Positions 12,492-24,944 are shown, numbered from the stretch's first letter. The stretch is 64,000 nucleotides of DNA from Mobula hypostoma (GCF_963921235.1 NC_086108.1:54314001-54378000), one strand, 5' to 3'. Notes: generated by a model not told the origin, from the letters alone. Made by a program: numbers and translations.

Positions 12492-13548
12492 TAGAGGGAA
12501 GGGGCAGAGGCTCTATAAAGAAGGTGGGGGGAGGGTGGGAAGGAGAAGGCTGGTAGGTTCCAGGTGAAGAACCAGTAGGGGGAAAGATAAAGGGGTGGGG
12601 GAAGGGAGGCAGAGAGGTGATAGGCAGGAAAGGTGAAGAAAGAATAGGAGAAAACACAATGGGTAGTAGAAGGAGGTGGAACCAAGAGGGAGGAGGTAGG
12701 CAGCTGGGGGAGAGGGCAGAGTGACATAGGGGATGGGAGGGGGAGGGAATTACCGGAAGTTGGAGAATTCTACGTTCATACCAAGGGGCTGGAGACTACC
12801 TAGACGGTATATGAGGTGTTGCTCCTCCATCCTGAGTTTAGCCTCATCATGGCAGTAGAGGAGGCCACGTACGGACATATCTGAATGGGAGTGGGAAGCA
12901 CTGTTGAAGTGGGTGGCTACTGGGAGATCCTGTCTGTTTTGGCGGACGGAGCGGAGGTGCTCGACGAAGCGGTCCCCCAATCTGCGTCGGGTTTCACCGA
13001 TGTAGAGGATGTAGAGGATTTCACCGATGTGAAACCCGTTGCAGATTGGGGGACCGCTTCGTCGAGCACCTCCGCTCCGTCCGCCAAAACAGACAGGATC
13101 TCCCAGTAGCCACCCACTTCAACAGTGCTTCCCACTCCCATTCAGATATGTCCGTACGTGGCCTCCTCTACTGCCATGATGAGGCTAAACTCAGGTTGGA
13201 GGAGCAACACCTCATATACCGTCTAGGTAGTCTCCAGCCCCTTGGTATGAACGTAGAATTCTCCAACTTCCGGTAATTCCCTCCCCCTCCTTTCCCCTAT
13301 CCCTATGTCACTCTGCCCCCTCCCCCAGCTGCCTACCTCCTCCCTCTTGGTTCCGCCTCCTTCTACTACCCATTGTGTTTTCCCCTATTCTTTCTTCACC
13401 TTTCCTGCCTATCACCTCCCTGCCTCCCTGCCTCCCTTCCCCCACCCCTTTATCTTTCCCCTTACTGGTTTTTCTCCTGGAATCTACCAGCCTTCTCCTT
13501 CCCACCCTCCCCCCACCTTCTTTATAGGGCCTATTCCTCTTCCCCCTA

Positions 13549-13585
13549 CAGCCCTGACGAAGGGTTCCAGCCCGAAACGTCGACC
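13549..13585 (+). ncRNA. Minimal hammerhead ribozyme (right PLE arm), stem I mismatch
   Basis: Reads CAGCC-CUGACGA-AGGG(UUCCAG)CCC-GAAAC-GUC^GACCA. The core is intact and stem I is weakened. Confidence 0.75.
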
Positions 13586-14392
13586 AATCTTTTCCACTGA
13601 TGCTGCCCGACCTGCTGAGTTCCTCCAGTGTGCTGTGAGTGATGTATAATATAAGCGCATATTTTAATGTCACATTTTCTGCATATACCCAACTTGGTTT
13701 GCAGATTAGACAAAATCACTAAACAAAGTATTACATACACCCGTGGAGGTCGATGGGCGGAGGGGGTGGGGTGGATATGGTGTTGTGGGGGGGTAGGGGT
13801 ACCTCCCTGAAATGAGTTTTTGCAGGGTGGGATGTCTGGATAGGTGATTTTAACTTTCCACATATTCACTGACCCTCCTATACTGTAAAAGGGATAAATA
13901 GGAAAGAGTTTGTAAAATGGGTTCAGGAAAGTTTCCTTAATCAGTATGTAGAAATCCCAACTAGAGAGAGTGCGATACTAGATCTCCTATTAGAGAATGA
14001 GATAGGGCAGCAGGGACATTTGCACTTTACATCTAGTGATCACAATACTATTAGTTTCAAAGTAAATATGCAGAAAGATAGGTCTGATCTGGTCTGTTTG
14101 AGATTCTGAGTTGGAGAAAGGCCAACTTTGATGGTATCAAAAAGGATCTGGTAAATGTAAATTGGGACAGGCTGTTTTCTGGCAAAGGTGTACTTGGTAA
14201 GCGGGAGTCCTTCTAAAGTGAAATTTTGAGAGTACAGTGTTGTATATTCCTGGCAGAGTAAAAGGCAAGGGTAACAGGTATTGGGAATCTTGGTTTTGAG
14301 CAATTTTGAGGCCCTGGTTAAGAAAAAAAGAGTTGTATAGCAAGTATAGGCAGGTAGGAATAAATGAAGCCATGGACCATATAAAAATTAGA

Positions 14393-15606
14393 GTTCAAAG
14401 TTCAAAGTAAATTTTATTATCAGAGTACATGTATGTCACCATATACAACCTTGAGATTCATTTTCTTATGGACATACTCAACAAATGAATAGAATAGTAA
14501 CTATAACAATATCAATGAAAGGCTGCCCAACCAGAGTGCAGAAGATAAACTGTGCAAATGTAAAATGAAGAAACAATAATATAAATATAAGCATTAAATA
14601 TCAAGAACATGAGATGAAGATTCCTTGAGAGTGAGTGCATTGGTTGTGGGAATGTTTCAGTGGTAGGGCAAGTGAAGTTGAGTGAAGTCATCCTCTTTGT
14701 TCAAGAGCCTGAAGGATGAAGGGTAGCAATTGTTCCTGAACCTGGTGGTGAGAGTCCTGAGGTTCTTGTACCATCTTTCTGATGGCAGAAGCGAGAAGAG
14801 AGCATGCCTGGGTTATGGGGGTCCCTGATTTGCTCAATGGTTGGGAGTGCTTTTCCTGTGATGGACTGAGCCATATCCACTAATTTTGCAGAATTTTCCA
14901 TTCAAAGGCATTGGTGTTTCTATACCAGGCTGTGATGCAGCCAGCCAATATACTCCCAATTACACATCTATAGAAGTTCGTCAAAGTTTTAGATGTCATG
15001 CCAAATCTCTGCAAACTCCTAAGGAAGTAGAGGCTCTGCTGTGCTTTCTTCATAATTGCACATGTGTGCTGTGCCCAGGATGGGTCCTCTGAAATAATAT
15101 CACTGAGGAACTTAAAGTTGCTAATCCTCTCCACCATGGTCCTCTAATGAGGGCTGACCCATGGACCTCTGGTTTCCCTCTGTAATCTATAATCAGTTTC
15201 TTGGTCTTGCTGACATTGGGTGGGCAGTTGTTGTTTTGAAACCACTCAGCTAGATTTTCAGTCTCCCTCCTATATGCTGATTCATCACCACCTTTGATTC
15301 GGCATACAACAGTGGTGTCATCAGCAAACTTAAATATGGCATTGGGACTGTGCTTAGCCACACAAGTGAATAGAGCAGAGGGCTAAGCACACAACCTTGT
15401 GGTGCACTTGTGCTGATGGAGATTGTGGAAGAGATGTTGTTACCATTCCGAATTGACTGGGAATTCAGGATCCATTTGCACAAGGAGGTATTGAGGCTAG
15501 GGTCTTGACACTCATTGATTAGTTTTCAGAGGTTGATGTTTTTGTATACTGAGCTGTAGTAATAAAGAGCATCCTGTTGTATGTGCCTTTGCTGTCCAGA
15601 TGTTCC
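14393..15606 (-). mobile_element. Rex1/Babar LINE 3' fragment
   Basis: Peptides APQGCVLSPLLYSL, KFADDTTVV..I.GGDESAYR and KKAQQSLYFLRSL. Tail repeat (TTGAACT)n near 14395. Confidence 0.85.
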
Positions 15607-15823
15607 AGAGGAGAAGTTGTTTCCTGTCCTGAGAAAAATCAGGGTGGATAAATCCTCAGGGCAAAATGCACCTGACAAGGTGTACCCTCAGCCCCTGTGG
15701 GAGAGTAGTGTAGAAATTGCAGGAACCTTAGCAGAGATATTTAAAACATCTTTGCTACGGCTGAGGTGCCAGAGGATTGGAGGATAGATAATGTTGTTCA
15801 GTTGTTTAAGAAAGGCCCTAAGA

Positions 15824-16112
15824 ATTTATTTTATTTATTTTATTCAGAGTTACAGTGCAGGTAAAGCTTTTTTGGCCCATTGGGCAGCATTGTCCAGCAA
15901 CCCACCTATTTAATGCTAGCCTAATCACAATGACCAATTAACCTGTTAACTGGTGCGTCTTTGGGCTGTGGGAAGAAACTGGAGCACCTGGAGGAAACTC
16001 ATGCACATGGGAAGAATGCACAAACTTCTTGGAGGATGCCAGCATTGAACTTCAAACTCCGACAGCCCGAGCTGTAGTAGCTTTGTGCTAACTACTATGC
16101 CACTGTGGTGCC
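15824..16112 (-). mobile_element. V-domain tRNA-derived SINE (HE1-like)
   Basis: Reverse complement contains GTTTCCTCCAGGTGCTCCAGTTTCTTCCCACA and an (AAAT)n tail. Confidence 0.75.
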
Positions 16113-17847
16113 CCAATAAGCCAGGAAATTATAGGCCAGTGGACCAGACATCAGTAATGGGGAAGTTATTAGGAAAGTATTCTAATGAACTAGATATATG
16201 GGTATTTGGATAGACAGTGACTGATTAAGGATAGTCAACATGGCTGTGTGCCTAGGAGGTCATGCCTAATCAATCTTAGACTTTTTTTGAGGAGGTTTCC
16301 AGATAAATTGATGAAGGTAAGGCAGTAGATGTTGTCTACATGAAATTTAGCAAGGCCTTTGACAATGTCCCCCATGGGAGGTTAGTCAAGAATGTTTAGT
16401 CACTTGATATTCAAGGTGAGGTAGTAAATTATATTGGACATAGGTTTCGCGAGAGAAGCCACGGAGTGGTAGTGAATGGTTACTTCTCTGACTGGAGGCC
16501 TATAAACAGTGGTGTGCTGCAGTTATTGTTGTTGTTTGTTATCTATTTCAATGATCTGGATGATAATGTAAACTGGATCAGCATACTTGCAGATAGTATC
16601 AAGATTGGGGGTGTGGCGGACAGTGAGAAAGACTATTTAAAGCTTGCAGCAGGATCTGGATCAGCTGGAAAAATGGGCTGAAAAATGGTAGATGGAATTT
16701 AATGCAGACAAGTATGAGGTGTTGCACTCTGGAAGGACCATAGGTCTTGGTGAGCAGAAAGGTACTAGGGAGGGTGTAGAACAGAGCAATCTGGGGATAC
16801 AGATCCAAAATTCCTTGAAAGTGGAGTCACAGGTAGGTAGGGTCGTAAAGAAAACTGTTGGCACATTGGCCTTCATAAATCAATGTATTGAGTTGGGATA
16901 TTATGTTGAAATTGTAAAAGGTGTTTGAGAGGCCTAATTTGGAGTATTGGGTGCAGTTTTGGTCACCTTCCCACAGGAAAGATGTAAGAAATACTGAGAG
17001 TGCAAAGAAGATTTACAAGGATGTTGCTGGAGCTTGAGGACCTGAGTAATAGGGAAATGTTGAATAAGTTAGGACTTCATTCTTTAGAATATAGAAGATT
17101 ATGTGGAGATTTGATAGAGGTATGCAAAGTTGAGGGGTATAGATAGGGTAAATGCAAGCAGGCTTTTTCCATTGAGATTGGGTGAGACTACAACTGGAGG
17201 CCATGTGTTAAAGGTGAAAGGTGGAATGTTGAAGGGGAGCATGAGGGGGAACGTCTTCACTCAGGGTGGTGAGAGTGTGGAACAAATTTCCAGTGCAAGT
17301 AGTGGATTTGGGTTTGATTATAACATTTAAGAGAAATTTGGATAGGTACATGAACAGGAGGTATATGGAGTGCAGGTCAGTAGGACTCGGCAGATTAATA
17401 GTTCAGAACAGGCTAGATGGACTGAATAGCCTGTTTCTGTGCTGTAGGGTTCTGTGACTCTAAACCAGTCTTCGTGCTAGCCCTTTTGTTGAAGTTCCTT
17501 GGCCCCAGGTTGATGCTACTTTCTCTTAACTATGTTGCATCAGCTTTACTCATTCCTTTCTCTGATTCACCTTTTCCTACTCCCTCATCCTATATGAATG
17601 CTATTTAATCTGGAAAGTATTTTGAATTGGGTATTATTTCATTGTACCTGGAATAATTTTCCTACTGCACCTTAAGAAACATTCCTGTAAAGTGAAGGGG
17701 AAGGAATATCTTCAGGGACTGGGTGAATCCAATATAAAATACTGTGAAAGGAGAATACCAGTGGAAGAGTAGGTTCGGGCTGAAAATTCTGAGAACCTCC
17801 CGTTTTTTAAGGGATTTTGAGAAGTAACAGATACATTGGGTCATCAT

Positions 17848-19345
17848 AGTTAGAACATAGAATAATACAGCACATTACAGGCCCTTCAGCCCGCAATGTT
17901 ATGCCGACCCTCAAACTCTGCCTCCCACCTTAAATTCCTCCATATACCTGTCTAATAGTCTCTTAAACTTCACTAGTGTATCCGCCTGTACCACTGACTC
18001 AGGCAGTGCATTCCACGCACCAACCACTCACTGAGTAAAAAACCTTCCTCTAATATCCCCCTTGAACTTCCCACCCCTTACCTTAAAGCCATGTCCTCTT
18101 GTATTGAGCAGTGGTGCCCTGGGGAAGAGGCGCCGGATATCCACTCTATCTATTCCTCTTAATAACTTGTACACCTCTATCATGTGTCCTGTCATCCTCC
18201 TTCTCTCCAAAAATAGGAAAACAGATTATTATCTGAATGGTGGCCGATTAGGAAAAGGGGAGGTGCAACGAGACCTGGATGTCATTATACACCAGTCATT
18301 GAAAGTGGGCATGCAGGTACAGCAGGCGGTGAAAAAGGCAAACGGTATGCTGGCATTTATAGCGAGAGGATTCGAGTACAGGAGCAGGGAGGTACTACTG
18401 CAGTTGTACAAGGCCTTGGTGAGACCACACCTGGAGTATTGTGTGCAGTTTTGGTCCCCTAATCTGAGGAAAGACATCTTTGCCATAGAGGGAGTACAAA
18501 GAAGGTTCACCAGATTGATTCCTGGGATGGCAGGTCTTTCATATGAAGAAAGACTGGATGAACTGGGCTTGTACTCGTTGGAATTTAGAAGATTGAGGGG
18601 GGATCTGATTGAAACGTATAAGATCCTAAAGGGATTGGACAGGCTAGATGCGGGAAGATTGTTCCCGATGTTGGGGAGGTCCAGGACGAGGGGTCACAGT
18701 TTGAGGATAGAGGGGAAGCCTTTTAGGACCGAGATTAGGAAAAACTTCTTCACACAGAGAGTGGTGAATCTGTGGAATTCTCTGCCACAGCAAACTGTTG
18801 AGGCCAGTTCATTGGCTATGTTTAAGAGGGAGTTAGATATGGCCCTTGTGGCTACAGGGGTCAGGGGGTATGGAGGGAAGGCTGGGGCGGGGTTCTGAGT
18901 TGGATGATCAGCCATGATCATAATAAATGGCGGTGCAGGCTCGAAGGGCTGAATGGCCTACTCCTGCACCTATTTTTTCTATGTTTCTATGTTTCTATGT
19001 TTCAAAGAGTAAAACCCTAGCTCCCTTAATCTCTGATCATAATCCATACTCTCCAAACCAGGCAGCATCCTGGTAAATCTCCTCTGTACCCTTTCCAATG
19101 CTTCCACATCCTTCCTATAGTGAGGCAACCAGAACTGGACGCAGTACTCCGAGTGTGGCCTAACCAGAATTTTATAGAGCTGCGTCATTACATCGCGACT
19201 CTTAAACTCTAGCCCTCGATTTATGAAAGCTAGCACCCCATAAGCTTTCTTAACTACCGTGTCTACCTGTGAGGCAACTTCCAGTGATCTGTGGACATGT
19301 ACCACCAGATCCCTCTGTCCCTCCACAATACCAAGTATCCTGCCA
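17848..19345 (-). mobile_element. CR1 3' fragment split by an opposite-strand CR1
   Basis: ORFs 18979..19326 and 18028..18210 are consecutive parts of the CR1 ORF2 C-terminus. Confidence 0.9.
18211..19002 (+). mobile_element. Young 5'-truncated CR1 with open ORF2 C-terminus
   Basis: Uninterrupted frame to the stop at 18898 (LVRPHLEYCVQFWSP...TRGHSL...FFTQRVVNLWNSLP). (TTTCTATG)n tail. Confidence 0.9.
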
Positions 19346-21221
19346 CAGTAGAGCAGTTTTCACATTTTAAGTTAATTGATTGGATCAGATTAAATTTCCA
19401 GAAGCTGAGAGTTAAAAGGGCAAAGGGTGATGGTAAGTTGTTAAGCTCTGTGTTCCCACAAACCACTTGATTCTGAACTCTTTAATGAGAAATCTTGTGT
19501 ACTTAAATTACTCTACTTATCTACTACACCAGTATTTCTAATGTGATAGTTTGGATTACATTAAAGACTATCATCCCAAATTAACTGGGCTTTTGTTTCT
19601 TAATTTTGCTCCTTGAAAATAATCATTCAAAAATGTGTTTAGTTAGTAAGATTCACATTCTGCCTGGTTCGTTGTTTTGGATATTGTATGTGAGTGAGGA
19701 ATGATACCTCTGAATCCTAGTGTAGGACAAAAGGTGGGTTTAGTTGAAGATTGATATGTATTTCCAAAGGTAATATTATGTAAAATATATAAAAAGATGA
19801 ACTTAACACAATCATTAGACATGCTGAAATGAACAGTTTCATTTTAGAACTTTTGAATCTGTAGGACAGTTTAGGCAGTTTGTCTTCTGGATAACTAAAG
19901 TGGTTGATTTTGTGAAAATCATGATGGGAGCAATTGGCTAGCTCTCTTAATACTCTACTTCTCTAATAAGCATTTTATTTTTCATCCACATTTGTTTACT
20001 CACCAGCTAATTGGTGGTAGAGCTGGTACAATGATTTAAAATAAGCAAGAGCAGAAATTAAATGTTTATTGCTGCTTCAGCATTTGATTAAAAATGGATG
20101 ATCTTCTATATGTTCTGCTTTCATGTTCAAACGTCATATCCTTAAGTATGCAAGAAAGTTGATCTGTCTTTAATATGCACTGGGATGAGTCACCACAGTC
20201 GTTTTGCATTGAGAAATCTAAACATTCACTGTTCACTGGGTAATTTTTTTTCTCATTGCATTTCTCAATTCTGGACACCCCACGTAAGAAAAACTTTATC
20301 CCTACATCTGCCTCTAATACCCAATGAGAATTTTGCATGATTTATTGATAGCACCTCTTGTTCCTCAGTCTAGAAAGTAGATGAAGTCATCTATCTTCAC
20401 TGGACAATTTATCCTAATCCTCCTGCCACCTCATTCTAGGAATCAATGATAGGAAGCTTTGTGTTATTCCCTCTATTGCAAATATATCCTTAAATGGGGA
20501 GATGAGATTTGAGCTCAAGTTGCAGTCTTATTCAGACCCTGTATTGTAGCTTTTTTCTTCTATTCAAATTGTCTAGCAATGAAGATCATCATGCAATTTA
20601 CCTTCCTAATTGCATCATATGTGAGCACAAAGGCCCCTTTCAATGGCAGCACTTTTCACTCTCTTGCCATTTAAACAAATCTATTTTATGTGCCATACTG
20701 GTGTAACATTTTTCCATATCATGTTCTATCTTTCTTTCCTCACTATCCATTTGGTATGTCTACACCCCCTAAAGGGACTTACATGTCTAATACAAGCAAT
20801 ATCTCAGAAAGAGTAAAACTTGTAGATACTCCCTCAATTCTTGCTGCCCTATAACTTTCAATAATTATGGATATACTACAAGGTCTGTTTTTCTAAATCA
20901 TTAATGTCGGTTTGGAATTTATTAGATCTCAGCATTAATCCCCGTGGTATCTGTTGGATTTGGCTAGGGAAAACACCCCAAACTAATCAGAGTTTGTATT
21001 TCTGATTGTTATGCATGTTTCAAAAGTGTATTTTGAGGAACAAAATCGTTCCTTCTGATCTTACACGGTATTGTGGACCAGCCCATAAATCCTGCATGAA
21101 GAATGGCTACAAGAAAAATACTCCAAGGCAGTGAATACATCAGGAACATGTTGGTTTCTTTAAGTGAAAACGTTCTTTAAATAAAACAATAATCACTTTT
21201 TACTTGACTTTTTATTTCCAG

Positions 21222-21330
21222 AAGTCCAGTTTACTTGGAGATCCTCCCTTGTTACTTCAGGGAGCTATGGAGCTTGGATCAAAAATTACATCAAATCCTG
21301 GGAAAGGGATTTTGGCTGAATCATCAAAGG
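21222..21330 (+). CDS. RAVER2: RAVER-family exon (first seen in window): KSSLLGDPPLLLQGAMELGSKITSNPGKGILAESSK(G)
   Basis: tttatttccAG acceptor and G|GTAAAT donor. 109 nt, phase 0-1. Contains PRI-type motif SLLGDPP. Confidence 0.8.
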
Positions 21331-22191
21331 GTAAATGGAAATCTTTTGAGTTGCATTACCAATAAATAATAGGATCACCGGAGTCAATCCATGAATGAAA
21401 TGAATATTAAAGATTTGAAACTAATGTATTATAAACATTGTGGAACTATTGTGGCTTGTGAGTTCCTCAGAATGGAGTAACAAAATTCCTGTGTAGTTCT
21501 TATAACTTCATAATTGTTACTGCCCTCCAGCTTTCTCATCAATAATAATAGATATTTATTACATGCTATGCTGATGCATATCACTGATACAGGTTTTGAA
21601 CTCATTGGACTTGGGCACCGATCTCTACTGTCACCCTGAAATCATTTGACAAGGCCATTGTAGAGCTTGGAGAATCTGCTGTAGTTGGGACAGGGAATGA
21701 GTAGATGAGGAAATGGAGCCATCCTTCCATTATTCATGCTGGATTTCTGTATTTTCCCAGTGAATGGAATAAACTCAAATACTGTCCTGTATGGTGCTCC
21801 TCCATTTTGAGTGATCATAGGCCAGGATTACTACAGGTCAGTAGGAGTACTGACTTGTGGGAATCACATTTACTTATGCTCAAGAATGTCCACGGGGCAT
21901 TCAAGATGACACTTTTACCATGACTGGGCTTGGAATTCAAAGGCTGCTTTGAGAGACTGGACTGGTGAAGGCTGTGGTGAATTTCTTCTTGGACTGTTGT
22001 CAAGGAACCAACAAATAATCAGATTGTGTCAGTATTATAAATCTATATTTGTAAATAAAAGATACAAAAAAAAACCTCATTACATTACATAGGACTACCT
22101 TTTGACCAAACCTTAACCATCTTTGTGTATGAATGCGATATTCCTCACATTCGCCATCTACTTGGATTTTGATTATTATGTATAGATAATA

Positions 22192-23765
22192 CAGGTATTC
22201 CCCGCTTTTCGAACGTTCGCTTTACGAAACCTCACTGTTACGAAAGACCTACATTAGTTACCTGTTTTCGCTAACAGAAGGTGTTTTCACTGTTATGAAA
22301 AAAGGCAGTGCGCCGCATGCCCCGAGCAGCTAAACTCTTCCCCCAGCACTGCATTCTCGCCGGCATTGCTTAAACACGTGCCTGTGTGCAGCCGTTAGCA
22401 AGATGAGTTCTAAGGTATCGGAAAAGCCTAAGGGTGTTACACTTAGCGAAAACTAGATATAATTAAGCGTTTTGATCGTGGTGAACGAAGAAAGCAAAAA
22501 GTGAGTTTGGCTTGTGGAAGTTGATGAAGATGATGTTGAAGAGGTTTTAGCATCCCATGACCAAGAACTAATAGATGAAGAGCTGATGCAATTGGAAGAG
22601 GAAAGGATAACAATCGAAACCGAATGCGGTAGCGAACGGACCGAAAGTGAAGTCGTCCAGGAACTGAACGTGAAGCAACTGCGTGAGATTTGCGCTGCAA
22701 TGATAAAGTACGACTTTAATTTTGAAAGGGTACGTTGGTTTAGGGCATATTTGCAAGATGGTTTGAGTCCTTACAAAGAACTGAATGATAGAAAAATGCA
22801 CGAGGCTAAGCAGTCAAGCATACTGTCGTTTTTCAAGCCTTCCACATCAGCCACAGCAGATGACAAACCTCGACCTTTGACATCGAGGCAGGCAGGCATA
22901 GAAGAAGATGACCTTCCTGCCCTGATTGATGAGATGACACCCCAGTGTCCCACCACCCCAACCCCCGGGCCGCGGACCGATACTTTGCCATGGAGAATGT
23001 AGCGGTAGCCGGGACGCACCCAGCATATCTTTAAGAAAAAAGCCGAAATAAAGAAGCTAATTAATTAGGTGCCACCTGGCACCTAAATGTCGGCCCAGAT
23101 CAGAGGCGATTGCCGATTGTGTTGCCTCTGATCTGGGCTGACATTTACATGCTGGGCAGCGCCTAATTAATTAGCTTGTTTATTTCGGCTTTTTTCTTAA
23201 AGATGTGCTGGGTGCGTTCCAGCCACTGCTGTACCCCTGCATTCTTCGCGGATCAGTATCAGTCGGCGGCCTGGAAGGTGGGAGCCACTGCACCACCCCA
23301 ACCTCCGACGACTCAGCCTAACACACCATCATCAGTGTGCTTGGTGCTGTCTTCCCGATTCCGGTAAGTGATACTACACTGTACATACATTATTTCTACT
23401 TTATATAAGCTGTGTATTTTTTTGCATTATTTGGTGTGATTTGGCAGCTTCATAGCTTAAAGGTTGCTGGAGAGAGTGTTTCTGCTGAGAGCGCTTGCGT
23501 GAGATTTTTGCTATGGAGAACAGTGTGGCAATGGTTGTAGAGAAGTATTTCTACTTTATATAGGCTGTGTATCATATCATTCCTGCTTTTACTATATGTT
23601 ACTGTTATTTTAAGTTTTATGTGTTATTTGGCATGATTTGGTAGGTTAATTTTGGGTCTGCGAATGCTCCCAAATTTTTCCCATATAAATAAATGGTAAT
23701 TGCTTCTTTGCGTTACGACATTCCGGCTTACAACCTGCTCTACCTTCAGATGGCGGGGGAACCTG
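22192..23765 (+). mobile_element. Tigger/pogo deletion derivative with internal palindrome, copy 1
   Basis: TA flanks and TIR CAGGT.TTCCCCGC. Transposase remnants LSEKLDIIKRFDRGE and VDEDDVEEVLASHDQELIDEELMQLE. A second copy lies at 31857-33439. Confidence 0.85.
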
Positions 23766-23943
23766 TAAAGTGAAGGAACTAGAAGGTGAAATATATTGGC
23801 TTTATTTGCATTGTTTCTCCCACTAAAAGAAATGTATTCATATTTCAAAACAAAATTTGAATTTAAAATGCTCACAATTGCTTTGAACATATTTTGACAG
23901 TAATTCAACTATTCTGGAATCAACAGATGTTGTTTCATCACAG

Positions 23944-24227
23944 GTGTTCCAGTTCCTGCATTTCGTGCTGAACTTGCTAAAGCAGCTGCACAACCAGCAG
24001 TGGGGACTTTGCCATTTTGGTCCAGTGAGAGGTTCTTGGGGCAAGAAGTGACTGAGCAGAAAACCTTCGTGGAAAAGTCAAATCTGGTCATGGGGCCACC
24101 GCCACTTTCTGCTCCTGTTAGACAGACTCATCTTCAAGGCATTCCCAATTTTGTTCCAGGTGGTTTTTTGGCCAGCCACCAAAAGGAGCAAACTCGACCA
24201 ACTACTCCTATGAATGGGAACTTTTGG
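23944..24227 (+). CDS. RAVER2: RAVER-family exon: VPVPAFRAELAK...VGTLPFWSSERFLGQ...QTHLQGIPNFVPGGFLASHQKEQ...NGNFW
   Basis: catcacAG acceptor and TGG|GTAAGT donor. 284 nt, phase 1-0. Resembles the recalled RAVER2 segment LPFFPNQHIAGQ...QPYLQSFPNLAAGSLLVGHHKQ. Confidence 0.8.
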
Positions 24228-24944
24228 GTAAGTATTTTGCTGTCTTTTTTCATCCTTTCTACTTCCCATCTCTTAGCAATTAGAAGTATGGAAAATATGA
24301 CTTGAATTTGTAGTTCTTGCAGTAATGCTGTCTGATAATGTTTCTGTAATGTACGATGAAAAATCTACTGTATCATTGTGCAAAAGCTGGATCTTAAATT
24401 AATGCTAGTTTTATTTGAATACCTGCATTTTAAATATAATGAAAGCATGCCATGTGGAATAGCACTGTCTCAAACCCTGAAAATCAATTGAATATTTTTA
24501 TTTATGTCATCTGCAATTAGGATATCTTCTGTTATTGTGTCATTTGATGTCCTTGGAAATAACCTTGTATCTGAAGTAACTCAGCAATAATTAATCAAAT
24601 GAATATAAACTTATTTCTTCTATCCACTAACTGATAATCTTGACTCTCTTATCAGTGTGGAGAGTGTTTGTTTAAAACTAAGCTGAAACTTTGGACAATA
24701 GTTCATGGATATAACAAATGTAGATTACATGACATTTAGTAAACCTGAAGCCCAATAGTGCTGGTTTTAAAAATCTCTTGCTAAATACAGTACAATGAGT
24801 ATTGTATTAAGACATTAAAACATCAGCAACATTTGTTACTTGTGATAACAAGATGATGAAACTCTACACTTATTAATGTCCAATAAATAGTTTTCAGGAA
24901 ATGGAGTCTACTATTCTTAATGGTCTTAGCTATTTCAGATCCAT

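Larger units (their letters stand above)
12362..13641. mobile_element. Palindromic head-to-head Penelope-like element (two inverted 3' ends)
   Basis: Mirror ORFs 12750..12980(-) and 13046..13276(+) encode the GIY-YIG C-terminus (GDRFVEHLRSV...PVATHFN...LGSLQPLGMNVEF). 18-bp TSD ATATATAATATAAGTGCA / ATGTATAATATAAGCGCA. Confidence 0.9.
11226..13838. mobile_element. Non-autonomous hAT-like DNA transposon with 13-bp TIR and 6-bp TSD
   Basis: TIR CAGACATCCCACC / GGTGGGATGTCTG. GATAGG is duplicated at 11220-11225 and 13839-13844. Confidence 0.8.
9890..17461 (+). mobile_element. Near full-length but decayed CR1 LINE hosting nested insertions
   Basis: ORF1 remnants (Cys-rich start, esterase-like VIGDS at ~10424), endonuclease VIGDFNFP split by the insertion at 11226-13838, RT motifs DKSSG..PDKVYP and FNADKYEVLH, and a 3' end near 17460. 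Confidence 0.8.

Noticed and set aside
12885..13141. Mirror-image 74-aa ORFs on both strands
   Set aside because: They are by-products of the PLE palindrome (antisense of the GIY-YIG frame).
18062..18898. Longest ORF (278 aa) as a host gene
   Set aside because: It is a chimera of antisense CR1 and a CR1 ORF2 C-terminus.
21027..21130. Possible upstream RAVER exon (CILRNKIVPSDL...)
   Set aside because: Weak acceptor, no phase-0 GT donor to join 21222, and no RAVER similarity.
23901..23943. Alternative acceptors at 23900 and 23926 for the 23944 exon
   Set aside because: Both are out of frame with the phase-1 upstream exon, and there is an in-frame TAA at 23901.
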